A DNA stretch of 64,000 bases. Source: Candidatus Heimdallarchaeota archaeon. GTDB taxonomy: Archaea > Asgardarchaeota > Heimdallarchaeia > Heimdallarchaeales > Heimdallarchaeaceae. The notes beneath the pieces were generated by a model. The model saw only the letters and a program-made list of their open reading frames with translations. It did no database searches and was not told where the DNA came from. Each line of letters begins with the position of its first letter. Position 1 is the stretch's first letter. Location of the stretch: contig JAHLWR010000005.1 in assembly GCA_019057815.1 (NCBI GenBank), positions 64,001-128,000 of the forward strand, written 5' to 3'. The translations under genes and the position numbers were made by a program. Of this stretch, positions 9,547-23,676 are shown piece after piece.

Positions 9547-10662
9547 TTGGTGATACAACTGTTTAACAAGATATCTTCAACAAAGTATAGTCTTGAACGC
9601 CTAAAGAAACAACAAGACATTGCTGATAAATACAACATTAGCTTGGACCAAATTCTTGATTTAAGTGGGGGACAGAATCTTTTCATTCCACCACATCATA
9701 TACAGAAGATTATAATGAAGGAGATACAATCAATTGATCCTAGAGATAGCTATCCCATCGATTATTATGCTTTTATTGATGAATTATCTCGATTCGTAGG
9801 TGTGAAACCATCAGCGATTTATCCAGGATTAACCCACAGTCAGCTAATTCAAAGAATGTTATCAACGATTACAAATCCAAACGATAACATCTTGTTATTT
9901 TCTCCAGATAAGGAAATCTATTTCCAAATTGCAAACAACCAGAGACTAAACATTGATACAATTAGTTTAACAGAAAAATTTGAACTAAATGTGGATGAAA
10001 TACTTGATAAAATTAAGCAAACTAATGCAAAAACACTAATTTTCTCTTCACCTCACTATCCAACAGCCAATCAATTCGATGAACAACGTTTGTTATTACT
10101 CGTAAAAGAAACAGAAATCCCAATAATTGTAGACGAATCTTATGTTGAGTTCGGTAAATATAGCCTTGTAAAACAAGTTCAATACTATAATAACTTGTCA
10201 ATTGTCAGATCTTTTTCCAAAGCATGGGGATTAGGAGCCTTTTCATGTGCATATTTAGTATCGGACACTTCAGCAGTAAATAATTTGAAAGAGAGATATT
10301 TTATTGAAGAGATACCTCCAATACATCTTTTAGTCACTACTGATGTTTTACGAGCACCCTATCGTTTTGTTGAGCTTATTAATGGCTTCATATTGGAAAG
10401 AAAAAGAGTAATTGAACATCTGAAAATGTTGAGTGGAATCAAGGTTTATAAAAGTGACACCAACTTCCTTTTTATACAATTTAAAGAGAATATAAAAACG
10501 TTATATGATCAGTTATGTAGTAAAGGTATAATCGTACAAACTTTTGATTCTGCTACCTATTTCAAAGATAAGGAAAAGTCATTTTTAGCAACATTGGGAG
10601 ACAATAATGTCAACGATAGATTCATTTTAGCTTTAATAGAAACACTTGAATCGATTCTTTAA
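9547..10662 (+). CDS. Class I/II PLP aminotransferase, HisC/CobD-like, divergent
   Basis: IVDESYVEF, RSFSKAWGL (Schiff-base Lys), SDTNFLFI. Confidence 0.75.
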   Translation: MVIQLFNKISSTKYSLERLKKQQDIADKYNISLDQILDLSGGQNLFIPPHHIQKIIMKEIQSIDPRDSYPIDYYAFIDELSRFVGVKPSAIYPGLTHSQLIQRMLSTITNPNDNILLFSPDKEIYFQIANNQRLNIDTISLTEKFELNVDEILDKIKQTNAKTLIFSSPHYPTANQFDEQRLLLLVKETEIPIIVDESYVEFGKYSLVKQVQYYNNLSIVRSFSKAWGLGAFSCAYLVSDTSAVNNLKERYFIEEIPPIHLLVTTDVLRAPYRFVELINGFILERKRVIEHLKMLSGIKVYKSDTNFLFIQFKENIKTLYDQLCSKGIIVQTFDSATYFKDKEKSFLATLGDNNVNDRFILALIETLESIL

Positions 10663-10665
10663 CTG

Positions 10666-11208
10666 TTATTTTTCAACCCTAAAACGGTTATACTTTCTTT
10701 TTAAAGCACTTCCACAATCTTGACATTCCTTCATTTTGGTTTGAAAAATACCTCCACACCCTATGCATTTCCAATAGTATTTTCGCTTAGATTTAATTTT
10801 AAATAGAGGAGCTTTGAATGGTATTCCATGGGTGACACAGACGTTTTGCACTGCTTTGTCATCGCTAATTATCACTGATTCAGGATAATCAAAATAAATA
10901 GCAATAACATCTATATCGTATGTTGATAAGTTAGGAAAATCACCAGATTCTTCTGCATACTGTCTTGCTTTGGATAAAGCTTCGGAAGATGGCGTAACAA
11001 ATCTGATTTTATTTTCAGCTTCTAACAAACTCAAAGTTAGATTAGCTTTTATAGAACGCATTTCTTCTTTCAGGTTAAAGGGTATTAAAAATTTCTCGTT
11101 GTCTTTACTAGTCTCTTCAGAAGGAAGTATATGAATGATTACAGTTGAATCAAGAATATAACAAGGAGCATTGTCATTATCATTTACCTTGTTATTCATT
11201 AATATCAT
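10666..11208 (-). CDS. nob1: Nob1 endonuclease (PIN plus Zn ribbon)
   Basis: ILDST, SGD...LSTYDIDV, SDDKAVQNV, CIGC...CQDCGS. Confidence 0.88.
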   Translation of the reverse strand: MILMNNKVNDNDNAPCYILDSTVIIHILPSEETSKDNEKFLIPFNLKEEMRSIKANLTLSLLEAENKIRFVTPSSEALSKARQYAEESGDFPNLSTYDIDVIAIYFDYPESVIISDDKAVQNVCVTHGIPFKAPLFKIKSKRKYYWKCIGCGGIFQTKMKECQDCGSALKRKYNRFRVEK

Positions 11209-12031
11209 CGGGATCTAGTTTTAATAATTTTTCTCTAACACGTTCTACATAATTATCAGAGAAACGTACAAATTTCACTTTTTTCTCGGATTTTGTTACA
11301 GTAATTGACTCTCCATATTTGAGTTTGCAATATATTTCACCATCAATAACAACAGTTCCATCTCTATACTTACTTGCATTAACAACTTTAATTTCTGTTT
11401 CAGGAGGAACAACTAAAGGGTAAACTCGTCCTAAGAATGGGCAAATGGCTACTATTGAAAATGCATCAACGGTTGGCATTATTAATGGACCGCCTGCTGA
11501 GCGAGAGTATGCGCTTGAGCCTGTTGTACTAGCTACAATTATTCCATCACCATTGAATGTGTATAGCTGTTCGCCATTTATTGAAACTTTTAGTGTAATT
11601 ATTCGACCAGTTTTATCAGGTATAACAATTACATCGTTTACAGCTACAAGATTTGAGCAATTTGCTGCTACAACTGAAAGGGTCGTATATTCCTCATAGA
11701 AGAATTCGTTACGCTCAAATTTCTCAATAGCTTTAATCAATTCATCAGGTTCTATTTCTGTTAAAAAACCCACCCTCCCGCAGTTAACTCCTAAAATAGG
11801 TAAGTTAATCCAGCGATTAAGTGTTTTTAAAATTGTTCCATCCCCACCGAAAACCAGAATCACATCGATTTTTTGATTAGATTCATCGAATTGCGCTTTT
11901 CCACTGTCTAGATTCGAATCGAGAATTACATTATAACCTCTCTCTTTTAGCTTATTAAATGCGTTCAATGCTGTTTTCACAGCTTTTTCTCGTTTTGAAC
12001 TAGTTACTAGAAAGTGGGAAACATCTAACAC
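11192..12031 (-). CDS. nadK: NAD(+) kinase; likely GTG start at 12031
   Basis: GGDGT, GVNCGRVGFL, ND, GDG..VASTTGSSAYSRSAGGP; RBS-like AAGGTG before the GTG. Confidence 0.92.
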   Translation of the reverse strand: MLDVSHFLVTSSKREKAVKTALNAFNKLKERGYNVILDSNLDSGKAQFDESNQKIDVILVFGGDGTILKTLNRWINLPILGVNCGRVGFLTEIEPDELIKAIEKFERNEFFYEEYTTLSVVAANCSNLVAVNDVIVIPDKTGRIITLKVSINGEQLYTFNGDGIIVASTTGSSAYSRSAGGPLIMPTVDAFSIVAICPFLGRVYPLVVPPETEIKVVNASKYRDGTVVIDGEIYCKLKYGESITVTKSEKKVKFVRFSDNYVERVREKLLKLDPDDINE

Positions 12032-12086
12032 TACTTCGCACCTTGAACCAATAGAATGCAAGTGATTAAAAAAGGTTAGGAAAGAA

Positions 12087-13253
12087 CTATTTCCTTTTTT
12101 TAAGCTTTGCGATAAAATAACCAATTGTTCTATCTTTTCCCGGGATAAAACGCTGAACAGGGAATTCAAATTCCTTTGATGTTTCCATTTTTGAAAAACG
12201 GAATCTTTGCTCTATTATTTTAAAATTAAGTTTTTGGATAGCGTAATCAATTACTTCCTCATTTTCTTCTTTTGTAATAGTGCAAGTGGAATAAAGTAAT
12301 TCACCACCTTGTTTCAACAACTTCTTACAAGCAAAAAGGATTGCTTTTTGATAATTAGCACTTGACTGTATATCTTTTAACTTTAAACCAAAAAATAACC
12401 GGGGACGCAAACCTAGTGCTGTGCAAGGCGGATCTACCATAATTTTATCGAATTTCTGCGACCACTCTTTACTCAATTCAATTATGTCCCCAGCAAAGAT
12501 TGAAATGTTTTGTATTTTAAATCTTTGAATCTTATCTATTAGTTTCTGAAGCCTTCTTTTTGATCTGTCAACAGCAACAATTTTCGCTTGGTCTTTTGTT
12601 AGTTCACTTAAATGAATAGTCTTGTTTCCAGGTGCTGCACAGCAATCAAGAATACAATCATAAGGCTTTGGATCAAGATTAATACTAGCTAAATAAGCAG
12701 GAAAACTTTGAAAATAAATAGGTAAATGATGCATGTCTAATTGTTCAACACTAGGTACTTGAAAAGGCGATAGAACGTTTCTTGCTGCGACACCTTTTTT
12801 TACCTTAAGCATATCAGAGTGATTCATTGAAGAAATCGCTTTAGCGACGTTTATTCCTTGTTGACTAGTAACAACGATTTCATCATTTCTTTTTACTTTG
12901 TTAGCTCTTTTAACACCTGGAACAAAAATATCGGAACCCTGATAAATCATCTCTGCTGCTCTGTTGTCGACTACAATTTGCTTCTGTATATCAGATAAAT
13001 CTAGTTCAAATGGCCCTTTAGGTTCAATAACAATTATATTTGGAAAAACTGAATGCTGCTGCGCTTTATAACCACAATTTTCTAAATAATCCAATGTCCC
13101 CCCAATTTGAGATAAATCACCATACACATGAAGAGTATAATCTTCCATTGGAGTTATTACTTTACGAAGGTAATTCTTTTTAGAACCAGGATCCAATAAA
13201 GTAGTTAGATAATTTTGGAGTTCTTCAGAAATTATGGGGAGATTATGCTTCAT
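12087..13253 (-). CDS. PUA-domain RsmB/NOP2-family RNA m5C methyltransferase (NSUN6-like)
   Basis: PUA domain (GSDIFVPGV), LDCCAAPGNKT, DPPCT, YSTCT..EENE. Confidence 0.9.
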   Translation of the reverse strand: MKHNLPIISEELQNYLTTLLDPGSKKNYLRKVITPMEDYTLHVYGDLSQIGGTLDYLENCGYKAQQHSVFPNIIVIEPKGPFELDLSDIQKQIVVDNRAAEMIYQGSDIFVPGVKRANKVKRNDEIVVTSQQGINVAKAISSMNHSDMLKVKKGVAARNVLSPFQVPSVEQLDMHHLPIYFQSFPAYLASINLDPKPYDCILDCCAAPGNKTIHLSELTKDQAKIVAVDRSKRRLQKLIDKIQRFKIQNISIFAGDIIELSKEWSQKFDKIMVDPPCTALGLRPRLFFGLKLKDIQSSANYQKAILFACKKLLKQGGELLYSTCTITKEENEEVIDYAIQKLNFKIIEQRFRFSKMETSKEFEFPVQRFIPGKDRTIGYFIAKLKKRK

Positions 13254-13270
13254 GTTGTGATTTACTCACT

Positions 13271-13768
13271 TTAACACTCTAATTTATGGAATTCAACTTT
13301 GTTTGTTGTAGTTTCAAGTATTGCAAAAGTTGCTTCACCAAATAAGTTTCCATAGAGTTCTCCAGGATTTATCAGAATTGTCTTTCCATGTGTTTTTATT
13401 TCTTTTTTGTGCGTATGTCCAACAATTACATAGTCATACAATTGTGATTTTAGTAGAGCTTCTACAATCAAATCACTAGTACCATGATAAAGCGCAAACG
13501 TTTTATCAGCTAACTCTATACGACCAACATACTTAAAGTAGTGACCAATATCTGCAATTAATTCTCTAAGATAGTCTTCATCGCCTAGATTGTTCCCCGC
13601 ACACACATAAAATCTACCCTTAAAATCTGAAAATGGAAGCACACAAAATGGAGAAATAAGGTCACCAGCATGTAAAATAGCTTCAATATTATGATCTTTG
13701 AAAATTTGTATGGTCTTCTTTAAGTTTTCAAGATTATCATGTGAATCGCTTATAATACCTATTTTCAT
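13271..13768 (-). CDS. Metallophosphoesterase, MJ0936/YfcE family
   Basis: IISDSHDN, HAGD, GNN, YHG, GHTH, INPG. Confidence 0.9.
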   Translation of the reverse strand: MKIGIISDSHDNLENLKKTIQIFKDHNIEAILHAGDLISPFCVLPFSDFKGRFYVCAGNNLGDEDYLRELIADIGHYFKYVGRIELADKTFALYHGTSDLIVEALLKSQLYDYVIVGHTHKKEIKTHGKTILINPGELYGNLFGEATFAILETTTNKVEFHKLEC

Positions 13769-13810
13769 ATTTATTACCTAACCAACAAAACCTAATATTA
13801 AATTGTCTTC

Positions 13811-13895
13811 TGGTGCGGGGAGGGAGATTCGAACTCCCGAACCACTAAGGACTAGGATCTGAACCTAGCATCTTTGACCACTCGACAATCCCCGC
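13811..13895 (-). tRNA. tRNA-Leu(CAG)
   Basis: Reverse complement GCGGGGATTGTCGAGTGGTCAAAGATG-CTAGG TT CAG AT CCTAG-long variable arm-GGGAG TTCGAAT CTCCC-TCCCCGC ACCA. Confidence 0.96.
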
Positions 13896-13961
13896 TAGTG
13901 TATTTAGAAAATTTACCGAATGTTTAAATTCTTTTTTGTGTTGAACTTACTTAGTGATTAA

Positions 13962-15248
13962 ATGAGCTTCCGAGAATATCTTAAAACTCTCCGAGATAAT
14001 AACCTACTAGTTGAAATAAATGATAAGATAGACCTTGAATTGGCAATTACGAAACAGCTTCAGATTAATGAAGAGAAGGCTACACTATTTACCAATATTA
14101 AAGAATCTAAATATCAATTAATTGGCAATCTGATTTCTTCAAAAGATCAACTTGGGAAGATACTCGAAACACAAAATCTTTATCATAACAAGTTTCAAGG
14201 GTATGTGGAAAACCCAAAAACACCCGAAAAAATAGAATTTAATCCAACATTCAAAAATGAAATAATAGTTAATCTCTTTGAACTCCCAATTCCAAAATTT
14301 TTCTCTTCTGATGGAGGACGATATTTAACAGCTGGAATTGTTTTTGCTAAATTTCCAAATAGCGAAGAAGTAAATGGTAGCATTCATAGAATTATGATAA
14401 TAGGTAAAGATAAGGGAGTTATACGTCTTGTACCACGTGATTTATTTCAAATTCATGTAGAAAATTCAAAAAGTGGAAAAGATACCTCAATTGCTATAAT
14501 TGTAGGTTGTCATCCCGCAATAGCCTTAGCAACTTCTTTTCAACGATCTTATGGGGAATCTGAATTGCCTTTAGCAAATGCCCTCATGAATGGTTCCTTG
14601 AAAACTGCCAAAACGCCTAAGTATGGAATTGAAATTCCTGCTGAAACAGAATTTGTATTAGAAGGGAAAATATCAGCTACAGAACAACACAACGAGGGTC
14701 CATTTGTTGACATCACTGGAACAAAGGATACTGTTCGAACCCAACCAACGATTACAATTGAAAAAATATTCCATCGTGATAATCCAATCTTTCAAACCAT
14801 TTTACCAGCTTATAAAGAACATCTTATTCTTATGGGTTTTCCACGAGAGGTGCAAATTTATGAACGCGTATCAAAAATAGTCAAACAAGTTCATGGTATA
14901 TATTTAACAGCTGGAGGGTGTGGTTGGTTACATGCTGTAATATCAATTACACCGAAAAAAACTAGGCGCACAAAAAACATAGGACATGCTGCCTTTGCTG
15001 CTCATCCATCGTTAAAATGGTGCACATTAGTAGATAAGGATATAGATATTTATAATAGAAAAGCTGTTGAATGGGCAACAATAACACGAGCTGGGGAAGG
15101 AGATATAGTAGTAATTAATAGTGTTACAGGTTCAAGTCTTGATCCTTCAAGAAATAAAACGAACAATACTACAATCAAGGTAATAGTTGATGCAACGAAG
15201 AAAGGAGAACAAAAAAATGAAGACTATGAAAGAATTATTCCTTTTTAA
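13962..15248 (+). CDS. UbiD-family (prFMN-dependent) decarboxylase
   Basis: DGGRYLTAG, SIHR, EGPFVDITG, VDKDIDI..VEWA, SSLDPS. Confidence 0.9.
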   Translation: MSFREYLKTLRDNNLLVEINDKIDLELAITKQLQINEEKATLFTNIKESKYQLIGNLISSKDQLGKILETQNLYHNKFQGYVENPKTPEKIEFNPTFKNEIIVNLFELPIPKFFSSDGGRYLTAGIVFAKFPNSEEVNGSIHRIMIIGKDKGVIRLVPRDLFQIHVENSKSGKDTSIAIIVGCHPAIALATSFQRSYGESELPLANALMNGSLKTAKTPKYGIEIPAETEFVLEGKISATEQHNEGPFVDITGTKDTVRTQPTITIEKIFHRDNPIFQTILPAYKEHLILMGFPREVQIYERVSKIVKQVHGIYLTAGGCGWLHAVISITPKKTRRTKNIGHAAFAAHPSLKWCTLVDKDIDIYNRKAVEWATITRAGEGDIVVINSVTGSSLDPSRNKTNNTTIKVIVDATKKGEQKNEDYERIIPF

Positions 15249-15437
15249 TCAAGACGCTGCTTGAAGATTCAGAAAGAGTAAGTTGTTTAAACACTACTTA
15301 TGAGATATTTTCTTTGTACAATAGAACTATTTGTTATTATATAGAGCTTATTTATCTAATATTACTTACATAACAACGTCACATCTATTGAAAAAGATAT
15401 ATAAAGAAACTTTGAAATTGCCATTAGAGGTTAAAAT

Positions 15438-16748
15438 ATGAAAATAATGAATGACTTATCAAACTCTGATCCTGAAGTGGCGGATACACTCTTAAGAGAG
15501 TTGAAACGCCAGGAAGAGGGAATAGAGTTAATCCCTTCTGAAAATTACACTTCTCGAGCTGTTCTTCAGTCTATTGGGAGTGTTTTTACCAACAAATATT
15601 CTGAAGGCTACCCTAAAAAGAGATATTATGGTGGAAATGAAATTGTTGATGAAGTTGAAATCATTGCCATTGATCGAGCAAAAGAGCTTTTTGGTTGTGA
15701 ACATGTTAACGTGCAACCCTATTCTGGATCTCCTGCAAATCAAGCAGTCTTCTTTGCTTTATTAAACTTGAAGGATAAGTTTATAGGCTTCAGTCTTACT
15801 TCTGGTGGCCATCTTACTCATGGCAGTCATGTAAACTTTTCTGGGAAAAATTACGTTTGTGTTAGTTATGACGTTAATAGAGAAACAGAAATGTTAGATA
15901 TGGAAAATATTCGCAAATTAGCTCTAGAAGAAAAGCCGAAGATGATTATTTCAGGTTTAACAGCTTATCCACGAGAAATTGATTTCAAGGCTTTTCAGGA
16001 AATTGCTGAAGAAGTTAATGCTTATCATTTAGCAGATATTTCACATATAGCAGGTTTAGTAGTAGGTGATGCCCATTCAAGTCCTGTTTCTCATGCTGAT
16101 GTAATTACAACTACAACTCACAAAAGTCTAAGGGGCCCACGTGGAGCAATTATCATGTGTAAAATAGAGGACAGATTACATGACCTTCATCATCCCAACT
16201 CTAAGAAAAATTTGTCGCAGTTAATTGATTCTGCGGTGTTTCCAGGATTACAGGGGGGGCCTCATGATCATACAACAGCAGCTAAGGCTGTAGCTTTTGG
16301 TGAAGCGCTTAAACCTGAATTCAAGGATTACGCTAAACAAATTGTAAAAAACGCTAAAAGTTTAGCTGATGATTTAATGTCTCTTGATATGAAACTAGTG
16401 ACAAATGGGACAGATAACCACTTAGTTCTCATTGATTTACGTCCAGAAGGTCTAACTGGTAAAGGAGGTCTTATACAGAATGCTTTAGACGATGCAGGAA
16501 TTACAGTGAATAAGAATACAGTACCTTATGAACCTTCAAGTCCTTTCCATCCCTCAGGACTCAGACTAGGCACCCCTGCTATAACAACTAGAGGCATGAA
16601 AGAATCTGAAATGACGGTTATAGCTGAGGGTTTAGCAAAAGTTATAAAATCTAAAGGTGACCCAGAAGTAAGTGTGGTGGTAAAGGAAAGCATTTTAGAA
16701 CTCACTAAACAATTTCCACTTTATCCAGGGTTATCTATTCTGAAATAA
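15438..16748 (+). CDS. glyA: Serine hydroxymethyltransferase (bacterial-type)
   Basis: LIPSENY, NKYSEGYP, GGHLTHG, TTTTHKSLRGPRG, FPGLQGGP, GLRLGTPAITTRG. Confidence 0.97.
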   Translation: MKIMNDLSNSDPEVADTLLRELKRQEEGIELIPSENYTSRAVLQSIGSVFTNKYSEGYPKKRYYGGNEIVDEVEIIAIDRAKELFGCEHVNVQPYSGSPANQAVFFALLNLKDKFIGFSLTSGGHLTHGSHVNFSGKNYVCVSYDVNRETEMLDMENIRKLALEEKPKMIISGLTAYPREIDFKAFQEIAEEVNAYHLADISHIAGLVVGDAHSSPVSHADVITTTTHKSLRGPRGAIIMCKIEDRLHDLHHPNSKKNLSQLIDSAVFPGLQGGPHDHTTAAKAVAFGEALKPEFKDYAKQIVKNAKSLADDLMSLDMKLVTNGTDNHLVLIDLRPEGLTGKGGLIQNALDDAGITVNKNTVPYEPSSPFHPSGLRLGTPAITTRGMKESEMTVIAEGLAKVIKSKGDPEVSVVVKESILELTKQFPLYPGLSILK

Positions 16749-16800
16749 ATTTTATTAGTACAGAGATTTTTCTTTTTCTCTTTTTTTCTTTCTTCATTTA

Positions 16801-17133
16801 TTACATTATTTCTTTTAGCTGTAGATAAATAAACTCCCATATTCCCTTAAACAAACCTTCATTTGAAACATTAATTGAAAGTAGAACCATCTTCTCTGTC
16901 ATCTTTGAAAGTCTTTCTCCCATTCCTCTTACCATTAACTCGTTCTTAATACCAGAAATAAACATAGTAGATGGTGGTAAAATATCGCTTCCTGGTATAG
17001 ATAGCCCTATTGTTCCTAGTTTAGGTTCACCCTCATATACATAAATCGAAATTGCATTATCCAAAAGAAAAGCAAACATTCCAAGATCAATTTCATCAAC
17101 TTGAAAAGTTTTCATAATTATCCTTTCATCCAT
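16801..17133 (-). CDS. Proteasome assembly chaperone 4 (PAC4/PSMG4)-like protein
   Basis: Pattern N.i.iyv..P.LGT.glsiP....pST.......l..RLsK.T.K.VlLS.N matches the PAC4 family by eye; start at M17 or M23 of the listed ORF. Confidence 0.6.
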   Translation of the reverse strand: MDERIIMKTFQVDEIDLGMFAFLLDNAISIYVYEGEPKLGTIGLSIPGSDILPPSTMFISGIKNELMVRGMGERLSKMTEKMVLLSINVSNEGLFKGIWEFIYLQLKEIM

Positions 17134-17189
17134 AGTTTTTGATATGTTATAAAATAAAAAAATGTGTTGGATTGAAACCAATTAAATTT

Positions 17190-18218
17190 CTAACAATAAT
17201 TAGTGTCAGTCACAATTGTATAATTCTTATAATAGTCTCTTAAACACTCTTTTTGCTCTTTATTATCCCCTGTTTTTTGTAATTCTGCAGCAAGTAACAA
17301 GTTCCCTGCTAACATACTTACAGTTGCAGGACCAGATCCTCCAGGAACTGGAGAAATATAACTTGTCTTTGATTTTACAGTTTTAAAATCCACATCACCA
17401 ACGAGTTTTCCGTCAAGGAAATTCACCCCAACATCAACAACAACTGCGCCCTTTTTCACCATATCAGCTGTAATTAAATGTGCTTTGCCAACTGCTGCTA
17501 TTAAAATATCAGCTTGACGAGTATGTCTCCCAAGTTGCTTTGTTCGTGAATGACAAATGGTGACCGTACAATTTTCTTTTAACAGGAGATGCAACACAGG
17601 TTTGCCCACAATCATGCTTCTCCCCACAATCACAGTATGTTTACCTTCTAACGATATCTCATAATATTTCAGCAACGCAAGAACTCCCAAAGCTGTTGCT
17701 GGAACAAGATTAGGAATAGCTTTAGCCCAAGCATGAACATTTCCAGGTGATAAACCTTCAACATCTCTTTCAATACTTATAGATTCTATAACCTTATCCG
17801 CATCTATGTGTCTAGGTAAAGGTAGTTGGACAAGAATTCCATCAACATTAGAATTATTATTTAGAGAGTTAATAGTGTTCAATAAATCACGCTCATTGAT
17901 ATCCTTAGAAAGCCTTAAGACCTCTGAATCAAGACAAAGAGTGGAAAAAAATCTTGACTTAATCCTTAGGTAAGATTCAGATGCTGGGTTTTCACCTACC
18001 AATATTGTTACAAGTTTAGGTAGTCGCCCATATTTTCCTTTAAAACCTATACAACGCGGTTTTAAAACCCTCTCTGCATATTCATCAGCAAATTTACGTC
18101 CATTCATAACAATTGTATCCGAGTCATTAGGTAAGAACATTACATCACCACACATTGCAGTAATACGGGGGATACAAGAATATATTAATGGATTCTTATC
18201 TAAAATATTTTGGCTCAT
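17190..18218 (-). CDS. folD: Methylene-THF dehydrogenase/cyclohydrolase
   Basis: GILVQLPLP, VGRSMIVGKP, TVTICHSRT, VDVG, PVPGGSGP.TV.ML. Confidence 0.95.
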   Translation of the reverse strand: MSQNILDKNPLIYSCIPRITAMCGDVMFLPNDSDTIVMNGRKFADEYAERVLKPRCIGFKGKYGRLPKLVTILVGENPASESYLRIKSRFFSTLCLDSEVLRLSKDINERDLLNTINSLNNNSNVDGILVQLPLPRHIDADKVIESISIERDVEGLSPGNVHAWAKAIPNLVPATALGVLALLKYYEISLEGKHTVIVGRSMIVGKPVLHLLLKENCTVTICHSRTKQLGRHTRQADILIAAVGKAHLITADMVKKGAVVVDVGVNFLDGKLVGDVDFKTVKSKTSYISPVPGGSGPATVSMLAGNLLLAAELQKTGDNKEQKECLRDYYKNYTIVTDTNYC

Positions 18219-18364
18219 TACTGGAAGAAAAAAAAGCTCCTTCTAAATAATTGTCCAAAACTATTGGTTTGAAATCAAAAGCTTTTTATCAATTATCTTA
18301 AGCAAATTTTTAGTCCAATATATTTAGTGTAGAGATTCAAAGTTTTTTGGAGTATTAGAATAGA

Positions 18365-22277
<3,913 letters not shown>

Positions 22278-22425
22278 ACTTTTTTTTTCATTCTTCTTAC
22301 TATTTTTAATATTAGTTTAACATCAAAAGTTTTTTAATGAACTGAGGAAGGGAAAACTTGAGAGAAAGCTGGAAGATGTTCTCCCACTTAAGTTAAAAAA
22401 AATATACATAATTAAAGTGACAATA

Positions 22426-22869
22426 ATGACTGGATCCAAATCTCCAAAAGGAGAGTTTGCTGCTAGAAAATTACGAAATAAAAGGAAACATTTCCGTTGG
22501 AAAGACATTCACTATAAAAGAAGAGCGTTGAGATTAGACAAAAAGGCGGACCCTCTCGAAGGGAGTCCAGCAGCAAGAGGAATAGTGGTAGAAAAATATG
22601 GTGTGGAGAGTAAACAACCAAATTCAGCTCTGAGAAAATGTGTAAGAGTAAGGTTAACTAAAAATGGAAAGCAAATAGGAGCATTTGTCCCACACGATGG
22701 AGGGTTACTATATATAGATGAACATGATGAAGTTTTAGTATGTAGCATAGGAGGCGCACAAAAGGGAGCCAAGGGTGATATTCCTGGTGTTAAGTGGCAA
22801 GTTACCCATGTTAACGATGTTGCGGTTAATCAACTTGTTACTGGGCGTAAACAAAAACCTCAAAGATAG
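22426..22869 (+). CDS. rps12: 30S ribosomal protein S12 (uS12)
   Basis: [19 protein letters not shown]. Confidence 0.98.
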   Translation: MTGSKSPKGEFAARKLRNKRKHFRWKDIHYKRRALRLDKKADPLEGSPAARGIVVEKYGVESKQPNSALRKCVRVRLTKNGKQIGAFVPHDGGLLYIDEHDEVLVCSIGGAQKGAKGDIPGVKWQVTHVNDVAVNQLVTGRKQKPQR

Positions 22870-23151
22870 TTTTTTCTTCTACTATTTCATCTTAATATTC
22901 TTTCCTACTTTGTTTAAAAGAAGAAATTCTTGATATTGTCGTCAAGTACCACATCAACAATTTCAAATTTTATTAATTCAAACCAAAAGAGTTTAAATAT
23001 TCTTATGTAGTCCCAATATTAGAAACAAGCAAAGTGTTATTAGCTCTACACTCTTCAACGCTTCCTTAATTATAGATTACACTTGCGCTAAAAAGACAAC
23101 TTTGACTTCCCTAAGAGGTAAAATCAAGAGAAATAAATAGGAGATTAATAT

Positions 23152-23565
23152 ATGTCAGAACATGATGTAAAACCAATTAAAGCTGGTCAAGTTAAAACAG
23201 GATATTACATTATCCACAACGATGATGTATATCTGGTTAGGGATATTGAAAAGTCCAAATCAGGAAAGCACGGACATGCCAAATCTAGGATGAAAATTGA
23301 AAACGTTTTCACGGGAAGTAAAACTGAAATAGCTATTCCTGCAGATACAAAACTACTATCTCCAATCATAGACAAAAGGATAGCCCAAATTATCTCTCTA
23401 GGTAGAGATAGTATACAATTAATGGATTTAGAAACCTACGATACATTTGAAGCTTCACTCCCTACAGAAGAAGAACTAAAAAAACTGATTGTAGAGGGTG
23501 CTGAAGTAGAATATTGGAATGTTATTGGAAAACGCAAAATCATGCGTGTTAAAAGCAAAGCATAA
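23152..23565 (+). CDS. eif5a: Translation factor aIF-5A/eIF5A
   Basis: Hypusine loop SKSGKHGHAK, QLMDLETY. Confidence 0.96.
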   Translation: MSEHDVKPIKAGQVKTGYYIIHNDDVYLVRDIEKSKSGKHGHAKSRMKIENVFTGSKTEIAIPADTKLLSPIIDKRIAQIISLGRDSIQLMDLETYDTFEASLPTEEELKKLIVEGAEVEYWNVIGKRKIMRVKSKA

Positions 23566-23676
23566 ACATCCAAAATGCACTGGATGTTTCTTTTTCCTTC
23601 TGTAGATTATTTAACATTTTGTACTTGTGAATCATAACTTTCAATAAGATAATTATTCAATTATTTAATTAATACT

